A DNA stretch of 63,892 nt from the NCBI GenBank assembly GCA_913045445.1, contig CAJWQP010000005.1, forward strand, positions 1 through 63,892. The letters are read 5' to 3'. The stretch's first letter is position 1; the number at the start of each line of letters is the position of its first letter. Shown piece after piece: positions 29,429 to 36,853 of the stretch. The translations under genes and the position numbers were made by a program. The notes below the pieces were generated by a model. The model saw nothing but the letters and a program-made list of their open reading frames with translations. It did no database searches and was not told the DNA's origin. Source of the DNA: an uncultured Nitrospina sp. (GTDB taxonomy: Bacteria; Nitrospinota; Nitrospinia; Nitrospinales; VA-1).

Positions 29429-29555
29429 CAGCCTCTTTAATAAGGTCCAGATCGTTTTGCAAGGACCGCTGATGTTTTTTTATACGAAACAGGTAATAGA
29501 AAACCCCGCCCCACACAAATAAATTGGCCGCAAACAAATACCCTAGGTTATTCAT
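29403..29555 (-). CDS. ccmD: Heme exporter protein CcmD (small, absent from the ORF track)
   Basis: My own translation gives 50 aa, MNNLGYLFAANLFVWGGVFYYLFRIKKHQRSLQNDLDLIKEAVEKGTKGE, from ATG 29553-29555 to TGA 29403-29405. It has a single TM followed by a basic stretch and sits between ccmB and ccmC, as expected for CcmD. Confidence 0.75.
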   Translation of the reverse strand: MNNLGYLFAANLFVWGGVFYYLFRIKKHQRSLQNDLDLIKEAVEKGTKGE

Positions 29556-29560
29556 TCAAC

Positions 29561-30241
29561 TCACTCCTCCAGAACAAAATCGATCGTCATGATAGAAACC
29601 GCAATATATATAATATCGAAGCACAAGGTCAAACCCACCCAGTTCATCATGCCCGATAAGGATTCACCCGACAGCACCTGCCCCGTCATCTGCACAGACC
29701 CAATAACAACAGGGACCATCAGCGGGTAGAGCAGAATGGGTAACATGATATCACGCGTTTTGAGATTCACCGACAAAGAAGAAAGAAGCGTCCCAATCGC
29801 GCAAAATCCAAGCGTCCCAACTAAAATCACATAAAGTAACGGTAATAGATGCGGGAGCAGATCGATATTAAAAAAAATCATGAAAAGGGGCAGGATAAAT
29901 GCCTCCATAATCAGTAAAAACACAAAGTTGCTGACCAGCTTTCCAAAATAAAGCGCTGTCCTGTCCACAGGTGCGAGAAGCAACCCTTGCAGACACCCAT
30001 TCTCCTTTTCCAGCATAAACGAACGGTTGAGCCCTATCGTTCCCGCAAATAAAAATGCCACCCACAACACACCGGGTCCAATTTCCCTCGCCCCAACAAT
30101 ACTTAGATTAACTGAAAAAACAAAAATAATAATGACGAGAAGCGCAAAAATAAACATCGAGCTGAACAACTCGCGCGTCTTCAGCTCCGTAATAAAGTCC
30201 TTCCAGACAATTGCCGCCACCTGATTAAGATATCCATTCAT
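29561..30241 (-). CDS. ccmB: Heme exporter permease CcmB
   Basis: 226 aa, six TM helices, typical CcmB N-terminus (AIVWKDFITELKTRE). Confidence 0.92.
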   Translation of the reverse strand: MNGYLNQVAAIVWKDFITELKTRELFSSMFIFALLVIIIFVFSVNLSIVGAREIGPGVLWVAFLFAGTIGLNRSFMLEKENGCLQGLLLAPVDRTALYFGKLVSNFVFLLIMEAFILPLFMIFFNIDLLPHLLPLLYVILVGTLGFCAIGTLLSSLSVNLKTRDIMLPILLYPLMVPVVIGSVQMTGQVLSGESLSGMMNWVGLTLCFDIIYIAVSIMTIDFVLEE

Positions 30242-30269
30242 AGCGCTGACAAAGCCCCCGGCTCACATC

Positions 30270-31004
30270 TCATAGTTCCAAAGTTTCAGTATAAAGTTTT
30301 TCAAAATTTTCCCGGTCGATGCGATCGATCGATTCCAGCATCGCAAACCGTCCTTTATTCTGTATCGCCACCCGATCACACATCTCAAGTCCGCAAGACA
30401 TATCATGCGTGGTCATAATGAGAGTTCGTTTACCCGTATGCAACTCATGCAGGTGATCCTTAAGCACATTTGTCGCCTGCAAGTCTAATCCGGTAAACGG
30501 TTCATCAAAAAACAAAACCGATGGATCATGCAAAGTTGCCCTGGCGATAGTCAGCCTTTGTTGCATTCCGCGGGAAAAAGTCCGTACCCGGTCATGCCTG
30601 CGCAATTGGAGCCCCACCTCATTAATGGCCTTGTTTGCCTTATCCTCCAGATCATTCAAACCGTAAAGTTTACCGTAAAACAAAAGATTTTCCAACGCTG
30701 TCAGGTCCGGATACAAGCAGGTCGCATGGGAGATAACTCCGATTTCCTTTCTCAACCGCACACTGCCGCCCAACACATCGAAGCCCGCCACAGTAGCCGA
30801 CCCGGAAGTGGGCCGGGTGAGACCGGAAAGAATCTTGATCAAAGTCGTCTTACCCGCCCCGTTCGGACCGAAAATGGTAAGAAACTCGCCCTTGTTTAAA
30901 TCGAAACTGATCCCCTCCACAGCCCGCAGATATCCAAAATCTTTCCGGATGTCTCGAACCTTAACAACGGGATCGGATGAAACAGGGTGGGTTTGCTCGC
31001 TCAT
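30270..31004 (-). CDS. ccmA: Cytochrome c biogenesis ABC ATPase CcmA
   Basis: Probable start MSEQTHPV (ATG 31002-31004); the ORF track extends to 31070. GPNGAGKTT, SRGMQQRL, LFFDEPFTGLD. Confidence 0.92.
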   Translation of the reverse strand: MSEQTHPVSSDPVVKVRDIRKDFGYLRAVEGISFDLNKGEFLTIFGPNGAGKTTLIKILSGLTRPTSGSATVAGFDVLGGSVRLRKEIGVISHATCLYPDLTALENLLFYGKLYGLNDLEDKANKAINEVGLQLRRHDRVRTFSRGMQQRLTIARATLHDPSVLFFDEPFTGLDLQATNVLKDHLHELHTGKRTLIMTTHDMSCGLEMCDRVAIQNKGRFAMLESIDRIDRENFEKLYTETLEL

Positions 31005-31119
31005 GCAGAATACCATCGCAGGCCAAAGGCTCTTGGCGATGAAAAATAGGTGGGCTTTAGCAGCCGCCACCTGAAATAATCACTACTGTTTATCAACTGT
31101 TTACTCAAAGGAAGTTCCG

Positions 31120-31467
31120 CTAAGCAAGAAGCAGGTTTTTTGCGGACGACTTGCCGCCTTTTCTCTTATCTTTTTCCAACGCATCGATTTGTTCAAGGAT
31201 GATTATCGCCTCCCCTTCAAGCTTTTGCCGCAGGGATTCATAATCCTCATTTGATACCTTGTCAGTCTTAAGATCGATCTCCAGTTCCTTGATCGCCAGC
31301 AAAACCTCTTCCTTTCGTACCAGAAGATGTTTGAACGCTTCTTCCAAAGGATCAACCTCTGCGAAGGGACGAGTCCTGGGTAATTTACCGAATAGCGGAA
31401 TACCAACAACAACGATGATCCCGACAATCAGGAGCAGTTCAATGAAATGAATAAAACTTATGTTCAT
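31120..31467 (-). CDS. Single-pass membrane protein with cytoplasmic coiled coil, embedded in the ccm operon (unknown; possibly CcmI-like N-module)
   Basis: 115 aa. N-terminal TM (FIELLLIVGIIVVVGIPLF), then a heptad-rich acidic/basic helix. Its start overlaps the ccmH stop. Confidence 0.6.
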   Translation of the reverse strand: MNISFIHFIELLLIVGIIVVVGIPLFGKLPRTRPFAEVDPLEEAFKHLLVRKEEVLLAIKELEIDLKTDKVSNEDYESLRQKLEGEAIIILEQIDALEKDKRKGGKSSAKNLLLA

Positions 31468-31973
31468 GTTTCCAGTCGATTCAGTTCATCCTGCAACCGG
31501 TTAGAATATTTACTTGACCCTGTAGTATCAGTCGGCTTGCTGCTGTCCGCGTCCGACACCTCAGCCATCCCATCATCCGGCAGTTTTTTCTTAACCCAAA
31601 CGCCGAGAAGCCTGCGTAACCCGAGCCCCCCAATCAGGATCGCCCCAAATGGTATGATCCAGGCTGTGAGGTTGAACCCTTTTTTAGTAGGAGCGGAAAG
31701 GATCGTTTCACCATGCTCCTCGACCTGTTGCTTAATAATTTGCTCAACCGTCAATCCCGACTCAAGCATTTTGGAAAATTTTTTACGCGTTTTATCTGCT
31801 GTGGAACAGGTGCAGTTTTCGAGTACCTTGCCGCACTTGTCATCGCACTTGCACATCAAAGCGTTTTCCAAATCTGCCAATATGGCTCCCGCACTGGCCG
31901 ATCCCGCACTCGCGACGGCCATAAACAATACAGCAACAAAAACCAAAACTATTTTTTGAGAGCGACGTGTCAT
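31464..31973 (-). CDS. ccmH: CcmH-family cytochrome c maturation protein with atypical Cys motif
   Basis: Start MTRRSQKIV (ATG 31971-31973, AGGAG upstream), 2 nt after the ccmF stop. Signal peptide, then LMCKCDDKCGKVLENCTC, then the CcmH-like GLTVEQIIKQQVEEHGETILSAPTKKGFNLTAWIIP and a TM helix. Confidence 0.75.
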   Translation of the reverse strand: MTRRSQKIVLVFVAVLFMAVASAGSASAGAILADLENALMCKCDDKCGKVLENCTCSTADKTRKKFSKMLESGLTVEQIIKQQVEEHGETILSAPTKKGFNLTAWIIPFGAILIGGLGLRRLLGVWVKKKLPDDGMAEVSDADSSKPTDTTGSSKYSNRLQDELNRLET

Positions 31974-31975
31974 AC

Positions 31976-33988
31976 TCACTCCTGTGCAGGAGAAAACACG
32001 ATCTCCTGACGTTTCAATCGTTCCAACCGTCGGCGCTGTTCCAATCTGTCCGGCCATGCGCAGACTATCGTCCCCAAAGCGATAACCCATCCGCCCATCC
32101 ACAACCAACTCACCATCGGATTATAATAAACTTTAATCGTTGCCGAATCATCTTCCGAAAAATCCGCAAGAATCACATAAAGATCACTGGCCAGAGTAGA
32201 CCTCACATCCACTTCCGATACCGGCTGTTTTTGTCCTTTGTAAAATTCTTTTTCCGGCCGCGCCGTCCAGATACGTCTCCCGTCTTTTTCAACGGCCAGT
32301 TGCGCGATGATGCGAGTCTTGACCGAAGTAGCCTGCACAGCGGCGAGTTTTTCATACCGCAACATATAATCATTTATCTCAATTGTGTCGCCTGTCTTAA
32401 CGCGCTTCTCGATATGCGTTCCGTAGGACTGTGATGCGGCAATACCCGCGTAAATCATCACCACTCCAATATGAACGATATATCCTCCATAACGCCTCTT
32501 GTTATGCCAGATCAAGGAACCCAGAGCGGCCACCGTAGTTGCCTCATGCGAGTCACGCCGTGCAATGGTTCCCTTGAAAAACTCAAGAAGAATCGTAGAC
32601 ATGACAAAAATACAAAGAATGAACGCAATATAAGTATAAATTTCTGATCGGTTGGATAACGGAAGCACAGGATATAAAGCCGCTCCACCGAACAAAGCCA
32701 CCGCCACAGGTTTTTGAAAATTCTTTTTCAGGTTGGACCAGGTAGCCCTTCGCCATGCGATGACAGGACCAATGCCGATCAACGCCAGCAATGCCAAACC
32801 AATCGGAACATTGACCTGATTATAAAAAGGTGGCCCCACAGTAATCTTGACTCCACGCACCGCTTCGGAAATGATTGGGAAAATCGTCCCCCAAAACGTT
32901 GCAAATCCGATTCCAAGAAGCAACAAATTATTAAACAGAAAACTCGCTTCGCGTGAAAGAAACGAGTCCAGTTCATTTTTACTCTTAAGCAGAGGCAAAC
33001 GCCAAACGATCATCACCGAACAAACAGCAATTATGAAAAAGAGAAAACCCAGAAAATAATATCCCAGTGTCGCCTCATCAAAGGTATGAACAGATTGAAT
33101 GAGTCCGCTTCGAGTAATAAACGTTCCAAAAATGGTCATCACAAAAGTGAGAAGAACGAGGGACATGTTCCACACCTTCATCATGTCTTTCTTTTCCTGG
33201 ATCATGACCGAATGCAAATAAGCCGTCGAGACAATGAGTGGCATGAAGGCGGCATTCTCCACCGGATCCCATGCCCAGTACCCCCCCCACCCCAACTCGA
33301 CATAAGCCCAGCTCGCTCCAAACAAATTCCCCATGCACAGAAAAAACCATGACACAATCGTCCACTTTCGAGTCAAACGAATCCAGCCATCATCCAGGTT
33401 TTTCGTAATGAGCCCCGCCATCGCAAAAGCAAACGGAACGGTAAACCCAACATAACCCAGATACAAAGTGGGCGGATGAATGACCATCCAATAGTTCTGC
33501 AACATCGGATTTAATCCACGTCCATCTTCAGGCGGTAAAGGAATACGCTCAAACGGATTGGTGGAGAAATTAAGCAGGACAAGAAAAAAAACGGTTATCC
33601 CCAGCATAATAGCCATTGCGTAGGGGACAACAATCAAGCTCTTCTTGCGGTTCTGGAAATGCACGACCAGCGTGTAGGTTGAGAGAAGAAGAGTCCAGAA
33701 TAAAAGCGAGCCTTTTTGCCCGCCCCAGAACGAACTGAACTTGTAAAAATAATCCAGCTCGATATTGGAGTACGCGTATACATACTGCAAACTGAAATCG
33801 TTTGCGAAAAGAGCTTTCCAAAGAGCGATGGAAGAAATCATCACACAAGCCCACGTGATGAGCGGAATCTTGTCCGCGCTCAAATAAAGGTCAATGCGGT
33901 TGCCGCGTGCAGACATGACATAAGCCACCGCCCCGTAGAGAGACGTGGCCAGCGCCACCATTAAAGTAAATTCACCTATATCGTTCAT
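31976..33988 (-). CDS. ccmF: Cytochrome c heme lyase subunit CcmF
   Basis: About 670 aa. WWD motif GWGGYWAWDPVENAA. Probable start MNDIGEF (ATG 33986-33988, AAGGAAG upstream); the track start is TTG at 34009. Confidence 0.95.
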   Translation of the reverse strand: MNDIGEFTLMVALATSLYGAVAYVMSARGNRIDLYLSADKIPLITWACVMISSIALWKALFANDFSLQYVYAYSNIELDYFYKFSSFWGGQKGSLLFWTLLLSTYTLVVHFQNRKKSLIVVPYAMAIMLGITVFFLVLLNFSTNPFERIPLPPEDGRGLNPMLQNYWMVIHPPTLYLGYVGFTVPFAFAMAGLITKNLDDGWIRLTRKWTIVSWFFLCMGNLFGASWAYVELGWGGYWAWDPVENAAFMPLIVSTAYLHSVMIQEKKDMMKVWNMSLVLLTFVMTIFGTFITRSGLIQSVHTFDEATLGYYFLGFLFFIIAVCSVMIVWRLPLLKSKNELDSFLSREASFLFNNLLLLGIGFATFWGTIFPIISEAVRGVKITVGPPFYNQVNVPIGLALLALIGIGPVIAWRRATWSNLKKNFQKPVAVALFGGAALYPVLPLSNRSEIYTYIAFILCIFVMSTILLEFFKGTIARRDSHEATTVAALGSLIWHNKRRYGGYIVHIGVVMIYAGIAASQSYGTHIEKRVKTGDTIEINDYMLRYEKLAAVQATSVKTRIIAQLAVEKDGRRIWTARPEKEFYKGQKQPVSEVDVRSTLASDLYVILADFSEDDSATIKVYYNPMVSWLWMGGWVIALGTIVCAWPDRLEQRRRLERLKRQEIVFSPAQE

Positions 33989-34083
33989 AACTTCCTTAGT
34001 CCCGTTCAATTCTCAATCAGGCAACACTCCTCCCTGATTAGTACCTGAGGGACACCTTCACACTGAGAAAAAAAATGAGGGAA

Positions 34084-34575
34084 TTAAATTGTTGTCTTAG
34101 GCAAGGAATCAATATTATTAAGGCCCGGTTCCGGTTTTGACTGATAGTCAGGAAGACTTCCCGGATGCATTTTACCGGCTTCCTTTTCCGCTTCATATTT
34201 CGAAGGACAACTGGTCAACAGCGTGTTTGCGTGAAACACACCCTGCTTGTCCAACGTCCCCTCGACAACCACCTCCCCGCCATCCTGAAACATATCCGGC
34301 GTCACCCCCTGATAAACCACATTCAGGTTGCTGGTTTTTTCTTCAATAGCAAATTGGACACTGAGGTAATCGTTGGGGTCCCGTTCAATAGAGCCCGCGA
34401 CCACATTACCTTTGACCTTCAGCCCCGTTCCCTGATAGGAGACTTTCTGCTCCATCAGTTCGCTGACCGTGAAGAAATATGTGGAAGTGCTGTTGATTCC
34501 CGTTGCAATGAGATACCCGATGGCTCCCACAATCAGCAACGAGCCAAGAGCAAATTTGACTTTTTTATGGTCCAT
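34084..34575 (-). CDS. ccmE: Heme chaperone CcmE, CxxxY variant
   Basis: 163 aa. N-terminal TM anchor and OB-fold core (VKGNVVAGSI..GGEVVVEGTL). The heme-binding position reads LLTSCPSKYEA where canonical CcmE has LAKHDENY. Confidence 0.9.
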   Translation of the reverse strand: MDHKKVKFALGSLLIVGAIGYLIATGINSTSTYFFTVSELMEQKVSYQGTGLKVKGNVVAGSIERDPNDYLSVQFAIEEKTSNLNVVYQGVTPDMFQDGGEVVVEGTLDKQGVFHANTLLTSCPSKYEAEKEAGKMHPGSLPDYQSKPEPGLNNIDSLPKTTI

Positions 34576-35028
34576 AGCTTTTTAAAACCCATTAGTGCTT
34601 AATAAATGAAACCTTTATGGAACTGTCTTTTGGAGCTATTTCATACTATCACTCGAAATTTGACCTTGTCAAAGCAAATCCTTGCAAAACATGAAGATGG
34701 TATGTTTTCGGGAAAACCTTGCATAGCATATGCACCAACCGCTGGCTGAAATTCCGTATTCCTGGCAACCAGAGACCCTCCTTTCAACCTGCGAGCCCAT
34801 TCTCCCCAATCCACCCCATCGAACCCTAATTTTCCAACAAATAATTGATTTTCAACATGTTATCCCATCGGCGAGCTTTTTTCTCCCACATCAACTCCAG
34901 AGAGGTCAGATTTCATTCAAATCGACCCCATTTTTACCCCCTGAAATCTCCCTCAAGTGTCACGCTGTGGAATCCTTAAAATTCAACCGGTTAGCACTTA
35001 ACTGTTTATATTTTTTTGCTTTTCTCTA

Positions 35029-35056
35029 TTGACAGATTGTCCCGATATGTTAGGAT
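35029..35056 (+). promoter_or_regulatory. Candidate sigma70 promoter of the dcw cluster (Pmra)
   Basis: TTGACA at 35029-35034, 16-nt spacer, TAGGAT at 35051-35056. About 90 nt upstream of the mraZ ATG. Confidence 0.45.
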
Positions 35057-35091
35057 TATGTCGCAAAGTGTCGAAAAGTGTAATACAGTGT
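35046..35091 (+). promoter_or_regulatory. MraZ operator: direct repeats at 10-bp phasing
   Basis: AAAGTGT (35065-71), cga, AAAGTGT (35075-81), aat, ACAGTGT (35085-91). Weaker TATGT boxes at 35046 and 35057. The 7-mer plus 3-nt spacer architecture matches that reported for MraZ binding sites. Confidence 0.6.
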
Positions 35092-35147
35092 CAAAGTCAG
35101 GGTAATATTAATTCAGGATTATCAATGCGAATTGGGTTAGTTCGGAT

Positions 35148-35534
35148 ATGAACGGGTTTTTAGGAACTTACAGCGTCAGTCTCGATGACAAAGGCCGCAT
35201 CAACGTGCCGGCCAAATTCAAGGGTCTGCTCGAACAGGACATCCCGCAATTGGTGATGTGTGTGATGGATGGGTTCCTTATCGTGTTCCCGCAACGTGAG
35301 TGGGGTGCGAATGAAGAACGGCTCAGCCACCTCAATCCGTCTGAAAAAGAAGACCGTAACAAGCTCCGGGAGTTTTACGCCCGTGCGACTGAATGTGAAA
35401 TTAAATCGGGAAAAATCCTGATCCCTGCGGCTCAGCGTGAAGCCGCCGGGCTTAAAAATGAAGTCATGATTGTAGGAATGTCCAAGACTTTTGAACTTTG
35501 GGCTCCGGATCGCTGGGAAAAGGAATCCGGATGA
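35148..35534 (+). CDS. mraZ: Transcriptional regulator MraZ
   Basis: 128 aa. Two SpoVT/AbrB-like half-domains (LDDKGRINVPAKF and KSGKILIPAAQRE). Confidence 0.92.
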   Translation: MNGFLGTYSVSLDDKGRINVPAKFKGLLEQDIPQLVMCVMDGFLIVFPQREWGANEERLSHLNPSEKEDRNKLREFYARATECEIKSGKILIPAAQREAAGLKNEVMIVGMSKTFELWAPDRWEKESG

Positions 35535-35598
35535 ACCCGTGGCTCTCCGGAACCGTCCGCATGGCCCCGCTGGCGGTTTCGGAGGGCTCCAACTAAAC

Positions 35599-36537
35599 AT
35601 GTCGAAGCATCACGAATCGGTATTGGCAAAGGAAATTCTCCAGTACCTAAACCTCAGGGAGGGTGGTTTGATCGTGGACGGCACCCTGGGAAACGGAGGC
35701 CACGCTGAACTGATATTGAAAAACACCGCTCCGGGCCTCCGTGTTCTGGGAATCGACCGGGACAAGCAGGCGATTGAGCGAGCCGGGGAAAGACTGGCTC
35801 CCTTCCGTAACCGAGTCACCCTGGTCCATGGAAACTTTGGCGACATCAAAAATATCCTGAAAAAGGCCGATGTAATGAACGTCGATGGATTACTTCTAGA
35901 CTTGGGTGTTTCCTCGCCGCAACTGGATTCAGCGGAACGCGGATTCAGTTTCATGCGAAACGGGCCTCTGGATATGAGGATGGATTCCACACAAAAAACA
36001 ACCGCCGCCGACCTTATTGTGAAGCTTTCTGATGAGGAGTTGGCGCTGGTGATCAAAGAATATGGAGAAGAAAGATATGCAAAATGGATCGTGCGGGCGA
36101 TCCGCAAAGCGCAGGAGCAAAACCCCATCACCACGACCCTTCAATTATCAAACATCATCTCCGGCGTGACACATACTCCGCGCCCGGCCAAAATTCACCC
36201 CGCTACCCGTACCTTCCAGGCCCTGCGCATTGCCGTTAACGACGAGCTGGAGCACATAAAATCCGCACTGAACGATTCCATTGAAATCCTCCGCGCGTCA
36301 GCTCGCATCATGGTCATCTCCTTTCACTCGCTGGAGGACCGAATTGTGAAAAATTTTTTCAAGGATGAAGAAAAAGGATGTATTTGTCCGCCCCGGCTTC
36401 CGATGTGCGCATGCGGGCACAAGGCGCGTTTAAAAATTATCACGCGCAGGCCGATCACTCCTGCCAGCGAAGAAGTGCAACGTAACCCGCGTGCTTCAAG
36501 TTCCAAATTGAGAGTGGCTGAAAGGGTCTATGTTTGA
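35599..36537 (+). CDS. rsmH: 16S rRNA (cytosine1402-N4)-methyltransferase RsmH (MraW)
   Basis: Start MSKHHESVL (ATG 35599); the track ORF starts upstream inside mraZ. DGTLGNGGH, LLDLGVSSPQLD, FHSLEDR. Confidence 0.94.
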   Translation: MSKHHESVLAKEILQYLNLREGGLIVDGTLGNGGHAELILKNTAPGLRVLGIDRDKQAIERAGERLAPFRNRVTLVHGNFGDIKNILKKADVMNVDGLLLDLGVSSPQLDSAERGFSFMRNGPLDMRMDSTQKTTAADLIVKLSDEELALVIKEYGEERYAKWIVRAIRKAQEQNPITTTLQLSNIISGVTHTPRPAKIHPATRTFQALRIAVNDELEHIKSALNDSIEILRASARIMVISFHSLEDRIVKNFFKDEEKGCICPPRLPMCACGHKARLKIITRRPITPASEEVQRNPRASSSKLRVAERVYV

Positions 36538-36850
36538 ATGGCGACGAAAGTTTATAAAAACCCGGTTTCATGTAGCTTCGCGCGAGTTTCGCATGGTTCT
36601 GGTGGCAGTTGCAGGTTTGATGATCGGAGCCATGGCTTTTGTCTGGAGCAATGTTCGTCTGGTCAGTCTGGCTTACGAACACCAGAGCGTCAACAAAGTA
36701 CATAAGGAGTTGCTTCGCGAAAACCATCTCCTTCGAGTGGAACGAGAGAGTTTACGGTCGCTGGACCGCATTCAATCATTGGCTAAAAATAAAATCGGGC
36801 TTAGAGAACCTGAAAGCGGGCAAATCGTAACCGTCTTTCTAAAGAATTAA
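36530..36850 (+). CDS. ftsL: Cell division protein FtsL
   Basis: 106 aa. Single TM followed by a leucine-zipper-like helix. Canonical position between rsmH and ftsI. Confidence 0.8.
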   Translation: MFEWRRKFIKTRFHVASREFRMVLVAVAGLMIGAMAFVWSNVRLVSLAYEHQSVNKVHKELLRENHLLRVERESLRSLDRIQSLAKNKIGLREPESGQIVTVFLKN

Positions 36851-36853
36851 TTC

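Noticed and set aside
34730-35032. A 100-aa plus-strand ORF in the ccmE-mraZ spacer.
   Set aside because: It has Pro/Leu/Ser-rich low-complexity sequence and no RBS, and it runs into the dcw promoter. It is most likely non-coding.
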